This document shows, piece by piece, positions 1 to 13,364 of a stretch of DNA of 64,000 nucleotides (positions within the stretch are counted from its first letter, which is position 1; every line of letters begins with the position of its first letter). Location: positions 4,154,001 to 4,218,000 of the forward strand of contig CM060734.1 of the NCBI GenBank assembly GCA_030704615.1, given 5' to 3'. This stretch comes from Takakia lepidozioides (taxonomy: Eukaryota; Plantae; Bryophyta). The translations under genes were made by a program, and so were the position numbers. The notes below the pieces were generated by a model. The model had not been told where the DNA came from. It searched no databases and saw only the letters and a list, made by a program, of their open reading frames with translations.

Positions 1-1670
1 CAATCAGGTACAGATGGCAGAAGAACACCGATAGAAGACCGAGAGAAGGCCGCATTCATCACTGAATGGGGAGCTTATGCTTACAAAGTCATGCCATTTG
101 GACTTTGCAACGCACCTCCCACGTTTCAAAGAGTAGTATCTGAAATCTTCAAGAGCTATCTCAACGACTTTATGCAGGTGTTCTTAGACGATTTCAGTGT
201 CTTCGGACAAAAATCCAAATACTTTGGCACAGTTAAAACTCTGCCTACAAACCTGCAGAGACAATGGAGTAAGTCTCAACCCCGAGAAATGCACATTTTG
301 TGTGAATTCAGGATTACTGTTGGGAGAGAAGACTCCGGTTGAAGCTGGCGTAACTAAGAGTCACTTCTCCTTGCGGGTACTGCCCCCTGTCGGGGGTGGG
401 CCCTATATAAAAAGACAGGTGACCGGTTGGTCACCTAGTAACCAGGGTATGTGTGTTGTGGTGCTATAAAGGAGAATGAGGGGGTATTGAATCGGGGGGG
501 GAGGGGGGGGGGGGGGGCAAGGGGGGGTGCCTTAGGGTTCCTAGGGTACTGATGTTGGATTGGGCTCGAGTTTTCGTTTATTGGTGATAATAACTGTGAG
601 AGAACATTACTGTTGGGACACATTGTGTGCCAACAGGGAATTTTGACCCAAAGAAGGTAAACAGTATCCAGAAAATACCACCACCAGAAACTCCAAAGAA
701 ACTCAAAAGATTTCTGGGACAAACAAGTTATTACAGAAGGTACATGGTCAAGTATGCTCACAGAGCAGCACCAGTCTATAGACTGCTAAAGAAGGATGTC
801 AAATACCAATGGTCTCCAGATTGTCAGGAATCATTTGATTCACTAAAATAGGCCTTCATAACGGCACCAATCCTGATCAATCCAAGATGGGACCTACCAT
901 TCCATGTACACAGTGATGCATCAGGCATCGCCCTTGGAGCAGTTCTAGCTCAGAATGTGACAGGCACAATAGATTCACCAATCTATTATGCAAGCAGACT
1001 GCTGACATCTGCTGAAAAGAACTACAGCACCACAGAGAGGGAGGCATTGGCAATGATTTACGTTGTTCAAAAGTTTCGGCATTATTTACTTGGCAATCGC
1101 TTTGGTTCATTTGGCAAATCGACCACTAGCTAGTGGCAGGGTTGCTCAATGGTTATTACTTCTTCATGAGTATGATTTTGAAGTGGTTCATAAACTTGGA
1201 AGATTACATGTTCCAATAGATCATCTGTCAAGGCCTACCACCAGAGAACCAGCAACAAGAGTAGAGGATTAGCTTCCCGATGCATTTTTGTTTGCTGTTC
1301 AACCTGAAGCACAAAAAGAAGAGACAGACCCTTTGGACACTCTAGGAGTGTTTCAAGCAAATTATGATCTTCCAGATTCTCTTAAATTGTTTGATGGGAC
1401 AGATGAAAGAGAAACAACAAATGATGAAGAATCCACAAATGAAGGAGAAACAATGTATGAGGAAGACTCAGAACCATAAGAAGATAACAAGGAAAATGAG
1501 GAGCCAATCACTCAAGGATTGACCAACATTAGCATTGGGACTTATGCAGTCACCAAGGAAGAACCAGAAGAACCTCAAGATCAAGATGATTGGGAGTGGC
1601 CAATCAAATACTATCTGAACACAGGAAAATTTCCTGAAGATTACACCAAAGATGACCTGGGAGGAAGCCA
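1..1670 (+). mobile_element. Degenerate Ty3/Gypsy (non-chromovirus) pol fragment: RT, RNase H and start of the integrase region
   Basis: MPFGLCNAPPTFQR...QVFLDDFSV (RT), FLGQTSYYRRY, HVHSDASG..LGAVLAQ and WLLLLHEYDFEVVHK (RNase H). Contains stops and frameshifts. Same family as the pol at 38849-41469. Confidence 0.9.
326..605 (-). mobile_element. 280-bp insertion, probably the 5'-truncated 3' end of a non-LTR retroelement
   Basis: Interrupts the RT frame (NSGLLLG|HIVC). Flanked by the 13-bp duplication ATTACTGTTGGGA (313-325, 606-618). Its minus-strand 3' end shares a structured motif with the SINE tail at 9861-9940. Confidence 0.75.
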
Positions 1671-2056
1671 ATGGGCCGCATACAGCGAACTTCAAAAATC
1701 AAGAAAATCCTTTGCAAACATAAAAATTTCCTCATGGAAAGCAATGGTGCCATTGCACATGCCTGCCTTCTTGTACTGCCAGATTGAAGGGCCCCACACC
1801 TCACATCTCATACTCAATGCACACAACTAAGCTAGTAGTATCACAAGGTGCTGATCAATAGATGAGTATAGTCTGCCACTTGAGAATGAGCTACCCTACT
1901 TCAAAACTATGGACTTGGATTGGGCATGGATTCTTTGCCACACAGTTGCGCATCAGAGGGCCTTCCCTCTAGGACCTGTTTAGCTAGTTGATAAGAGCTT
2001 GGAGCCACAGTGTGTACACTCCCTGGTTTGATGAAAATGGAAGACATAAAAGGCAA

Positions 2057-5000
2057 TCAAGCACCAAGATTTTGAACTCTCTGTCTCAAAACCCGCAACT
2101 GGAGATTGATCTCCTGGAGTTGATCTTGCAATCCCGCAATGCGCCTGGCTTCCACCTCTGCAGCTTTCCAGTACGGTTTTGTCAAACCCTCCACCTCTGC
2201 TCTTACTCTATCAATCGATTGCTGCAGTTCGTCCTGCATGGCACCCTCTATCTGTCGTGCGAGTGAGTCCGCCACACGCCCCACCTTCTTCTTCACATCT
2301 GCCCTTCGCAGTGGCAAGTTCCACACCCCAACAAACCTGCCACATCCCCATCTTCCACATATTATGTCTGATCTCCATCATTAAGGGAATGCTCTGTGGA
2401 GTGTAGAGCATAAGGACAACGTACCCTCCAGCCGAGCACAGTCCCAAAGCAACTAGATCCTCCAACGTCGTGGGAAGGATGGTTGTCAACACGGATGCTG
2501 ATACACCTGCTGCTCCCAAACCACCAAATGTACTCAGCACCTGCACCATCCCAAGTCCTCTTTGTTGTTAATGCCCTTGCTTCCTTATTTGTGCCTGCCT
2601 TATTCATGTCTAAAACTCCTGAAGGATCTGTAGTTCCCTGTTGAATCCAGAGTTGACCCTGTGTCATTGACACCATTATCCGAGCATCTTGGGTAAAGCA
2701 AAATGAATGATGAATGGTTTGAAGTGCTTAATACTGCAACCCACCACTTCTCGCAGCTCCTGTTCCAAAACAACAATCGCAGCCTTTGTGTCAAAGCCCT
2801 CCAGAATGGAAATGCTGCTGCCCTTGGCATCGGCATCCACCTTTCTATCTGGGGTCCATAATTTCACCACTGGTTGCTCTTGGGTGCCATCACTTCCGTG
2901 CACATCTTTCATCACTTGGGGCCACCGGCTCTGTACCAGATCCTGGTAGGTACCGAGTTGACGTGCACAGTTAGATGCCAGCCATTCTTCATGCTCCTCC
3001 AATGCTCTCTGCCACTCCCAATCACCCATTGCACTGAGGGACGAAAAGAAAGACATACTCATTGAACATTCCTTGCAAACATTGGCTACACTGTACTTAC
3101 GTGCATATGCTTGCAGCCTACTGACAATCCTGGAGTTGATGGGATTCTCAACCAACCAAAATAAGGAATCAAGCCCAAAAATGCCATAGGGGTAGGACAT
3201 ATGCTCAATACTGCTCAAAATCATGCACATCTTTGAATAAGCATCATTTGAACTTCACAATGATATGGGACTTGCCTTGAGAAAAAATTGGTACCTGCTG
3301 TACTGAGATATATCAGAAAGATGAATCAAATGTGCACCAGAGGAAAAAGAGCAGTGAAAAGGAAAGGTGAGTACCCTAACGTCTGGGGCAGAAGAGCCAA
3401 GGACTTCACAATCAAAGCCACCAGAAACGGGCATGGAGCGGACATTCTCAGAGCCAAGCAAGTACTTGGCAATTGCTTCAATATTGGAGAGACGCAGGAT
3501 GGAGTTGATGAACTTGTCGGCCCGTCCCTTGGCCGCCTCGATCTGACCACTATTCCACAATTGTCAAGTGCAGCAGTGGTGCATACTAGATGTAGCTTAT
3601 ACCCTACCCACCCTGTTATACATCCCTTCAAGACCCCACCTGACCATCAGAAGTAGTGTTTTTGTGGACAGTTTCCTCATTACAGGGAAGATGAAAAAAT
3701 CCAATTTTACAGGTGCAGCTTATCATCTGCACATCCTTGAGCTCCATTTAACACCCCACAACTAGTGCAAAATAAGCATACCCTTTCGCCATGGATTTTG
3801 TTCTTAAAATGATGTGGCAGTGGATCATGTCTGCCTTAATAGAGTGGGCATACCGGCATGGTAACTTGGGACCAAATCACAGTGACTAAATATTTCCATT
3901 GAAACTATTTCCATTAGAATTTGGTAGCATAGAGACCCTATTACAGATGTCTCTAATAAAAGTCAAGTCCTGTCAAACAGGCTAAGTCCTGGCAGAAGAG
4001 AGTAGAAGAGATTCTTAAGGAATCTGGATCCGCAAGTCTTGACCCTGCTGGATAAATCTGACTTGGCTGTAGTGTCCAAAGCCATGTCTGTTGCCATGAA
4101 ATTGTCTGATGAAAATGAAGTTAGGCAGAAAACTTCCCTGAACTTGTTTTCGTCTGTGACATGGGGGAGGACATCTGGGATGACCTCAAGGGTTTACCCA
4201 CTCTCGGCACTAGACTGAAATTTAAACTCAGGGCAGGAAGCCTACCTTTGAACAGCAAACAGAAGCAGAGAGGAAAGGGAGAGTGCAATTGCCCGTAGTG
4301 TGGGCAACCTGAAGACAGTATTCATTTTCTGATACACTGTCCGGGGTTCTCTCACCAAAGAGACGCTCTCTTCAAATCTATCAAGGGAATTGTGCCTGTA
4401 CCTCTATTTACCAACTTTGAAAGTCTCGAGGCTGAGCCAAAAGCCCAGGCCCTTCTGAGGCCTAATTTTTGGGCAAATCACACACAGCAGATTGATGCTT
4501 GTGTGAAGGGATTTCTAGAGGATATCTGGAAAACCCAGATCAATTCTATGTATGAAGGTAAGTCTTACTACCAACGTCAGCCCCTGACAGAGGTAGGTTC
4601 TTTCCCTTTTGTTTCCGCTCAAACTGGGCGCGGGGTCAATGGCCACAAGGCTATGGCAAACAACGTCTTCTGAGTACATTCTAATAAAAGTCAAGAACTA
4701 GTAAGAGAATTACCACTGCCAATGTACGTTCGCGCTGCAATATTGCATCATTTTGCATGGCCTGTTCATACCGCTGCAGTTGCTGCTCCACACTGGCCAG
4801 CACCTTCAAGTCGGCTTCCACTTTCAAGGCCTCTGCTGTTAGGTGTCGGTCACAAGCAGCCAGAAGAGCTACCCCGATGCCTAGTGGAGTCTCCAGCTTT
4901 AGGCGCAACCTCTCAGCACCCGCATCAGTGGACCCACCCAGAAAATCCAGAATGAAACTCTCTAGATCTTCATACCCACTTGCTGCCCATAGCGGATCTT

Positions 5001-8000
5001 GGAAAAGGAGGTTTGGATCAAGGGCACCATCCTCCAAAGTAGCTGAAAGCTTGGCCTGCAGCGCTTGACGGGCTGATACAGGATAGACTGGTACTTGTTC
5101 TACACTCAAAAGTCTCTGTACATTTTCCCTCACAAATGTGCTCACCTCCTCCACCTATAAGCCGTTCCCTCCCCATTTAAGTGTCAGACACCAGTCCGTC
5201 TGGTTAAGCTCGTCCCCAAGAGAAGTTCACTCTCATTGCCACAGCCATGAGGCCTTGAGGAGTCTGGGCAAATTAGTAAAAAACACAATCGACCAATACT
5301 TGCATTGGGTACGCTGGGTTATTATTATGGATGGACATACCTCACTAGCTTTGGATAGAACATCAGTCTTATTCAAGATAAAGATAACCTTCTTGCCCCA
5401 CTGTCGTATGTAGCGTAAAAATTCCATCTGCACTTACACACACATAACACAACCAATATCAGCTTGCTGCAACTATCTTTGCAAACATGAAATTGTAAAA
5501 TTTTGCAGATCAAGCTATCCATGGAGGAGACTTATCAAAAACCCTCAGTATCGTGACTGCTTGATAGAGACAAACTGCAAAACAGTGCTTCAGTGAAGGC
5601 CACCGTTGAGGAGATAGATACTCATAATAAATCACCTCCAATCCCCTCAAAGTTTCTGGTCTCAAGAAGAGGAACATGGCAGCTAATGCAATTGTAGTGC
5701 AGAGACTCCTTCAAACCAGAACAGCTTTACTCTCCATCAAAAGGTGACCATTCTGAACCACTCAATAGTGCAAGCATAGTCATCTGGCTGGAAAATTCCC
5801 TTGGGGATTCAAGACCTTATTTGACTATTTTGACAAGGCTTCCAATTTTGCAGGAAACCCTGACATGACGTTTAATGGACTGCATGATGTAGCTCCCAAC
5901 ATAGGGTCCAAAGTGCTTCTGATAAAGGTGAGAGCCAGATATGTGCTGGCCCACAGTGTATGTCGATTAGCTCCATTCCCCATGCAGTTTCACATGAAGT
6001 GTATATCCACTTGCCAACAAATACACTTGAGACTATTTTTCGAAATCGCCTCATTCATTGAGTAAGTACAGATGAAAGTGATTTATTTGTATCAATTCAA
6101 TCATATAGAAGACAAGGAGGGAAAAGGCAGACACCCACCTCACTCTCAGTCAGGGGGCGGTCAGCTGATAGCACAAAAAGTACTAAATCTGCCCGTGGTA
6201 CAAACTCTTCAGTGAGGCGCTGTTGGCGTTGCAGGATAACATTGGTGCCAGGTGTGTCCACCAAATTCATCTGCTCTGCCCAGTCCCCATTCAATCCATC
6301 CCACGGCCACACCTCCTTTCTTAAATTCATTGAACAATCCAGTTTTGGGCATATTCATCCCTCAAATTTCTTGATTTCAAGTGTGGAATTCTTTTGTATT
6401 ACTTGCAATTCCAGAAGCTTGGCAGACTGTTGTCCTATGCATGCTATCAGGATTCAACCAACTAAGCTTCACTGCATAACAAGTGTAGATGGGGCTTTCT
6501 GAACCTGACCTGCTTAAGGAGATCAGCAAAAAGAAAGCGCAGAAAGTGGCCATCAGGATGTCGCTCAGAGCGTTCCTCGGACTCGCTGCCCAGATCAGCA
6601 TGCCTCAGTAGAGTTATCTCATTTGTTGTGGGAAGCACTCCTTCCTTCAAGTAGCTTTTGCCAAGGAGGGCATTTATCACAGATGACTTGCCTGAGTTGA
6701 ACTCTCCCTGCGTTTAGAAACAAAACTAAAAAATAAGAGAAAAGGAGTATGTAATTTAAAGGTAGAGGGATGGTACGAATGCCAGCACACGAGTTCCCTG
6801 AAATTGGTTGTCATTGCTTATCCCAATGTTGGGCTCAGTTTCCACCCTGGTCCCCCACCCCTGACCAGCTGTAGCTCACCTTCATAGTGAACTGTCAAAG
6901 AGAATACCCTCTCTTATACGCACTAAGTAGAAAACCGCATAGAAACCTAACATGTGAGGTTGGGTCGCTCAAAATAGGTACATGTGTAACAGCACTCACC
7001 ACAATCACCAACAGAAAGACCTCATCCAACTGTTTGACAGCATCCACCAGTAGGGACACTTCCTCCATCTGCATCATGCCAAGTTTTATTCATCTTCAAG
7101 CATGCAAGACAGTACAAGCCATATGTATCTGTAACACTCCTTCCCTCCTAATTGCTATCACAGGTATCTTCAGTTATTTCAACCTCTCTTTTAGTCCTTT
7201 CATGATCAGAAAAGTTCTGAACCCTACCCACCTGCAGCCACAGTAGTGGTGACAATTACCAGATCTAATTTGAAAGACAGGAACCGTGTGCTGTCAACTT
7301 GCATCCCACAAAAATGTGTCCTAATGGACCTGCACGTCAATTGTACATAGGACCTTTTTCTTGATTTTCACCCAAGGGGCTTGAAAGTACTAGCAAAGTT
7401 CCCAAGGCAGTACTAGTTTGAAACTTGCACTAAGGTTTAAGGCCAAAGCAAGCCAGCATAACTTATCCAAGACCTAGAGGGATTGAAGGGACATGGGCTC
7501 ACCTCTGCCGAAGCCTCTCTGACTAGATTAACCATAGCTGTTAACAGTATCCGCTCCTCTTCTACAATTTGCTTTGCCTGCAAATCCAATGACTTCTCAA
7601 CCTCGATACTTGGGGCTACAACTGCCTGTCCTTCTTGGGACAGAGCAGCCCCATCCACCCCATCTTGCAAAAATGAGACCTGGACATCCCCTTCAGGAGC
7701 ATGGCTTGCCTCGAGCTCCTTACCCCGTTGAATAGCCTGACCAATAGCTGACACCATCGCAGACACATAGCCCTGGGGATCACCATTTGCATCTTTAGTA
7801 ATATCTGCTGCATTCAGTACCAATCCATGTGCTCCTGCCTGGACAAGATTGAGCCCAACCGCCACTGGCACCTCGTTGGCCTTTGAGGCATCCAAAAACA
7901 CTGGAATACTGACTCTCTCACATACAGTCTTAACGAAGGCCTCAATATCTTCTATTATGTGAACAGTTTCAAGTATGAGAAGGTCTGCTCCCTCACTAGC

Positions 8001-9100
8001 TGTTGCAGTCACTGCCGACTGGGCTGATGACACAATGCGAGCCACAAGTGGGAGCACAGATGACTCGGCCACTGCACTCTGCATCATTCTCCTGGCCACA
8101 ACAGCCGGCAGGCCTGCATACATGCCCCAACCACACAACAGGAGAGGTGTTATTAATTTGAGGTATGCGAGTCCCTGAATGCCGGGGAAATAGGTAGATA
8201 GATCGATAGACAAACAACGTAAGACAGGGGAAACAAATAGTCACCCAGGAAAAAAAAGGGGACGTGTCTATGCGAAAGAAAGTCATTTTATACACATCCA
8301 CAGGAAAGCTCGAGTCCTCATGGGCAGAAGAAATGAATGGATATGAAATGGTACTTTAAAACGTCTGCGGGAAGCTCAAATAGCTTAGGAAGAAAGAAAG
8401 AACCTTGATCTGACAAAAGAACACCATCCACTCCGGCAGCCGCAGCAATATCGACACGCTCTGTCACAAAAAGGTCTGCTCTGCCTCGCAACAGTGCCTT
8501 TAGCAAACATGCTGCATCATAGAGTTTGGCACCCCTGGTCCCCTCCTCACCACCTGCTTGAAGGAGCACCATAGTCACCCCTCCAGCAACCGCAGCACTA
8601 ACTCCCTCCAGAAACCCCTCCACCCTATCTCCTTCAACCAATTCCTCTACACTGACTCGCAAAACTAGTCCTGGTATCTTGACTTCCGCCCTTCTTAGCC
8701 CACCAGGAAAAACACCCTTCGAGGCTGGCATTGCCACTGTGTCCGTTGCTGTCGTATTAATGTCACTGCCAATTCCATTAACCAGGGAGCACCTTGCTGC
8801 CCCACTAGGCCTGAGTTTACTGGTCCTGACTTCCCCACTGGCTCCACTTCGTAAACCCCATAAAATATTCTTCAGCGGTTTGCCCCTGCCAAGACCTATT
8901 CCCCCCTCCAACTCATTGGTTCGTGCTACAATGTCATTGCCAACTGTGCCAGTGACCTGCACATTACACCGGGCTGTGCCCTCCTGCGCATATTTGTCCC
9001 TTAGTCGAATTGACTTTTGGTTGATTTGGTTCGTCTGAGGGCCTGTCTGTGGTTCACAAACAGAAATTTCAGGAGAGTTATATTGTTCTAGACATGACAT
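2057..9100 (-). CDS. FZL: FZO-like chloroplast dynamin-related GTPase FZL, 11 exons, about 1020 aa
   Basis: GT-AG exons 9100-8404, 8113-7503, 7068-7000, 6707-6510, 6270-6139, 5427-5341, 5154-4714, 3542-3375, 3008-2745, 2540-2425 and 2336-2057 join in frame (3063 nt). N-terminal thiamine-phosphate-synthase-like domain (ERVDIAAAAGVDGVLLSDQGLP); GTPase motifs GEFNSGKS, PTTNE, DTPG and NKTD; C-terminal hydrophobic segments and coiled coil. The start codon is uncertain. Confidence 0.95.
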
Positions 9101-9773
9101 TCAAATTTTGTAGGCCTACCACTGCTGCTTCCAAGTTAGAGTCTGAGGCACCAACCATCAAATGGGAACCCACCCAAAGAATCTGGGATTGACCACCAGG
9201 ATCCTACACAGTCCTGACAAAGTCCCTTGAGTGACTTGTTTGCCATTTTCGAACCCTTCACAGTTCCCTCCACAGTTCCAAAATTCATGTGTGCAACATC
9301 TGTGAGATGTTCTATGACAAAGGAAATCTGCAGCTCTGATAAATCTTCGCGGAGCCACTAGGGGGATTCTACTAATTGGGCGCCTCCGGGACATGATGGT
9401 TATTGCAGCAAACAATACAGAAGTCATAGGACTGTACTTCAAGCTGACTTGAGTACAAATGTACTGGAGGATTGTTGCTGTTTTAACTTAGGAACAAGGT
9501 AGGCATTAGGCATACCTCTGAAATCCGATCATCAACATCGTTGTCCTGTGGCCAAAGTCGCATTCCTGTCTCATTTTGTCTGACAAATGAATGCCAATTG
9601 TATTTGCAGGCGTTCAAATTCAGCAATCTGCCCACAGCATTTGAACTTCTGACATGTAAACTCCTACTCCGAATTCTGAAGAAGGCAATGTCATTGCAAC
9701 GCTGCCTCCCAGAAACCTGAAATTCCCGAAAACGAAAACGAAATTGACGTCATAAGAAATGGAAGGAAAAGAC

Positions 9774-9953
9774 AACCGGCATGTAGCCCAGTGGTAATGG
9801 GCACATACCACGTTGGATGTGGTTGTGGGTTCAAACCACGGTCTGGTGTGTCATGAAGGTGTCCACCTTCCTAGCGGAAGGCAGTAGCCCTTGGGGGTGA
9901 AGTGACTCCATAAGTTACGCTTCCTTCGGGAGGAGTCATACTTTTCTTTTTTT
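9774..9953 (+). mobile_element. tRNA-derived SINE (~180 bp)
   Basis: Pol III A box TAGCCCAGTGG, B box GGTTCAAACC, T-rich tail, and TSD TGGAAGGAAAA (9760-9770, 9953-9963). Confidence 0.85.
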
Positions 9954-11141
9954 GGAAGGAAAATAAACCAAGTGTTCAAGAACTGCTCCCTTGGACCTTT
10001 CTTTCCTAGTCTCAGGGGGAATTCTTCGATTCATTGAAATACACCATCTTCTACTCTATGAAGGTGATCTGAGTGGAACGCACAAGTGGATCAAATCACA
10101 GAAGGGCTCTCACGAAACTGAAAACCGAACCAAACTCTGGTCACTGAGGCAGATACAAGGAAAAACAATCCTCGGAAACAACTGGCCAGCTGGGGCAATT
10201 TGTACCAGAGCAGAAAACCCTTCAGACTTGGAGATTTTCCAATATGCATATGGATTAAAACACGTGTCCTGGATAGTAGCCGTAAAATTTTCACAAAATT
10301 CTGACTTGCTAAGAAGCTGAAAGGACGAGTAACAATAGGCAAGTGCACTTGCCAAACATTCAATTGAACAGTTGGGTGAAGGCGCAGGGACAACCACACT
10401 TCGAGATGAAACTCCATTTCTGCTCCTTCCTTGCCTTCCTTGCACCCCACCTCCCCCATGCTTTCCGCGCAAGGATCCAGCAATGAAAGGACTACTCTGA
10501 GGTGAACAAAGTGATGGGGAGAAAATGCACAGAGAAGGGTTGGTCCAGTATTGACTCAGGTGCGCTCGCGAAGGAAGCACCGGTGGGTAGCCCCCTGTGC
10601 TTACCCCCATATCCACAAGCTTCAGCCCAGCAGCTATGGCGGACAGTGACAGAACAGTGAAGAGATAGAGACAGGCAAGACCTTACCCACGCACATGCGC
10701 TCCCTTATTTGAACACCGAGCCACTTCTCGAATATACATTATACTCTAGTAAGTAGTTGACTAGTTTTAGCGTAGAGCAGGAATAGGGTCCTAGGTGCCA
10801 CGTCATCGTCATTTTCTTTCGAAGTTGGCCCAACTTTTGTTGAAAACAGAAGAAGAATAGTTCACGGAATAGTTTCTTGCTATAGGGAAACATGCCCCGT
10901 ATAGGGCTCTGATTACTATCCAAGTCATGGATATGTACTCTGTTATTGGCCTCACGGCTGCAACGGACAATCATTCCCCTGGTATCTCCAACACACGTTA
11001 ATCGTGTGATAGGCCTCATGGCAGCCTACGGGCATGTAAGGGTTTTAATTTTTTTCCCTCCAATAATTCCAATAAATCTTACAAGGGCCTTCATCCCCTT
11101 TTCCTTAAAAAAAGAAGAAAAAAAAAAGCACGTATGTAATA

Positions 11142-11419
11142 CAGTGTTTTTTAATCTGGCGAAAGATTTCGACTTGGAAAATGGGTCAGCTACTTTTACT
11201 AAGGAATTATGGGAATAAAAATCAAGAAAATCGCCAAAAAGTGCCAAAGATTAAATACCAGGAGCTAGATTTGTCGTACGTGGACCTGTTAAAATATGAC
11301 ACCTGTAATATAGCCTCTTTTCTAGCTCTGTCACCTCGTTATTCTCGCCACATGGGCGTTGGGTAAAATCTACATGTCGCCTTGCCTACGATTTTGGAAA
11401 AGTGAAAAAAAACACACTG
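11142..11419. mobile_element. Degraded MITE with CAGTG(T)n terminal inverted repeats (hAT-like)
   Basis: CAGTGTTTTTT at the left end and AAAAAAAACACACTG at the right; internal TGGCGA/TCGCCA motifs; imperfect flanking duplication GTATGTA. Confidence 0.5.
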
Positions 11420-11732
11420 GTATGTATCATAATAGATGACCTGAAGTTCCGTCTTTTTGTGCTCTGCTAGTGTAAAAAAGCACACAAATTATGTGAAATT
11501 GCTTGATTTCGCAAGTGGTGGAAACTAGGCATATCAGTTACTTCTGTAGGGAACATTATGTAACTATTGGGTTGACATCTTGTATGCAATGCACCTACAT
11601 CCAATTCAATTCAAACTATAAACAAATCACATGGAAATGCTTGATTTCACAATTGGTGTAAAACTAAGCAAAGTAGCATCAACCCCACATATTATTTTAG
11701 GTATGTGAAGACGCGATTTGAGCTTGGATAAG

Positions 11733-12029
11733 ATGTCACGGTGAAGTATTTTGCCACGCAACCTAAGTTGTCCCCAAAACAAATTAGGTGGCAAGACACT
11801 TTGGCATTGTTTGACGTGGATATCCAGTACTAGCCGGGACAGGACAATGTGGTGGCCGATGCTCTGAGTAAGAAACAACAGCTCATGTTGATATACGAGG
11901 GTGAGACAGAGTTACAAAGGAAGATACAGAGGGCTTATCAAAAAGGACGAGTTGGCTAAGTCCGTGATGTGGGACTTGAAACTAGGGGTGAAGTCGCAGT
12001 TCCAATTGCAGAATGGACTGCTCCGGTAT
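11733..12029 (+). mobile_element. Isolated chromovirus pol fragment (end of RNase H)
   Basis: Clear nucleotide similarity to 30340-30640 (VTVKYFATQPKLSPKQ.RWQDTLA.FDVDIQY). Confidence 0.85.
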
Positions 12030-12433
12030 GGATTGGGGGTTGATTTTGGGGGTGAAGTGGGGGTGGTTTTTGTTTTTTCCTTGGTTTTGTTTGGGGTGTT
12101 GGGAGACCTTACAGCTTCAATTGCTCTGATTTAGCAAGTACACAATTGAGCAAGCATGAATCGAGGGTGAGGCCGGTGCGACACATGAATAAGATGAAAG
12201 ATGAAAAGATGAACAGCCACCAAAGCTTCCTTAATCATGTTCTTAGGGCTTATCCATTCCATACCTCGGTTGGGGTATAACATATGTATGAATCCCAAAG
12301 GTGTAGGCTTTGCCGCATGAGTTATGAATTTCCTGTCATGGGCGTGGGTTTCAATCAGCCTGCAACCGTCCTCCAATATGTTTAGAGTCGGAGAATCCAC
12401 CAAAACTTCAGAGTCCAGCGAGGTTAGCTATTT

Positions 12434-12475
12434 CATGAGCATGAGCGGCATGAGCGGCATGAGCGGCATGAGTGG
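12434..12475. repeat. Short tandem repeat (CATGAGCGG) x ~4
   Basis: Directly visible in the sequence. Confidence 0.9.
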
Positions 12476-12576
12476 AAGTTTAATTTTTTGGATTTAATTT
12501 TTTTAATGAATTGTGTCAGAGAAATAATGTTATAATATAGATTGTGTGAAAGTGAAATTGAAGTTTTTGGAGGAGT

Positions 12577-13105
12577 TGTCGTGCGCATACGTATCGCTAT
12601 AAAACTACGTCGTTGTCCAAACCACACCACACATATATGCACAATAAAGTAGTCTGCCACAATGATAGAACAAGCTAAGAGACACACTGTTCACACCAGA
12701 AACAACATGAAATCCATCGCTATCACTCGTTAAAACAGAAGTCGAGCCAGGGGCACCCCAAGCTATGGGGACTCCACCCCACAACAACCTATACTCCCAT
12801 CATAAGCACACTCAGTCCTAAACGATGCAGGAGCTCGGTCGCGCAGGCTCAACTCGAGAGAGGTGAGCTGCGCGACTGACGCTCTCGTGAAGATAAGACG
12901 GTTCAGGTGTCAAACTAAACTTGACACCTGATTTAACACTTGACCTAAATCCAAGTGTTAAATACAAATAACTAGCTTTATTCTAGTTAGTTTCACATTG
13001 TGCTTATTTAACTTGACAGCTATCGTGCGCATACGTATCGCTACACAACTACGTCGCTGTCCAAACCACACCACACATATATGCACAATAAAGTAGTCTG
13101 CCACA
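12577..13105 (-). repeat. 3' terminal split-repeat block of copy 1 (A 85 bp, B 356 bp, A 85 bp)
   Basis: A at 12577-12661 and 13021-13105; B at 12663-13018; GC spacer at 13019-13020; G-rich PPT at 13107-13118 on the minus strand, immediately before the inner A. Confidence 0.92.
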
Positions 13106-13364
13106 ATCGCCCCCCTAGCTGGTGGATAGGTCCCTCTAACTCCAGATAGCTACAAGATGTAATAGCCACAGCCGTACTAAGTCCTCTATCACTGTCCCTA
13201 TTGTACTCAAACTCTATTGACCAAGAGGCCGGGTACAAGAGTAGCCCATCGTTAGTCGCCGTCTTGCAATCTGTGAACTTGAGCCAGGACCTCGTGTATT
13301 CAAGGTCTCCTAGTAGCTGGGTCTTGCGTTGCTTGTTAGTCTTCCATGGTTGTATCCACTCCCA

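Noticed and set aside
4392-4673. 93-aa plus-strand ORF in FZL intron 7
   Set aside because: No recognisable motif, no ATG start, and no supporting signals.
8404-8680. Standalone thiamine-phosphate synthase (thiE)
   Set aside because: It is the known N-terminal TMP-synthase-like domain of FZL and splices in frame to the GTPase exons.
9774-9850. Functional tRNA gene
   Set aside because: A and B boxes are present, but there is no convincing cloverleaf, and it is followed by an unrelated tail and flanked by a TSD, i.e. a SINE head.
12577-13105. A-B-A block as an independent TRIM/mini-LTR element
   Set aside because: There is no TSD around A-B-A itself; the TSDs pair the outer A with the distant B in both copies, and the PPT of the large element abuts the inner A.
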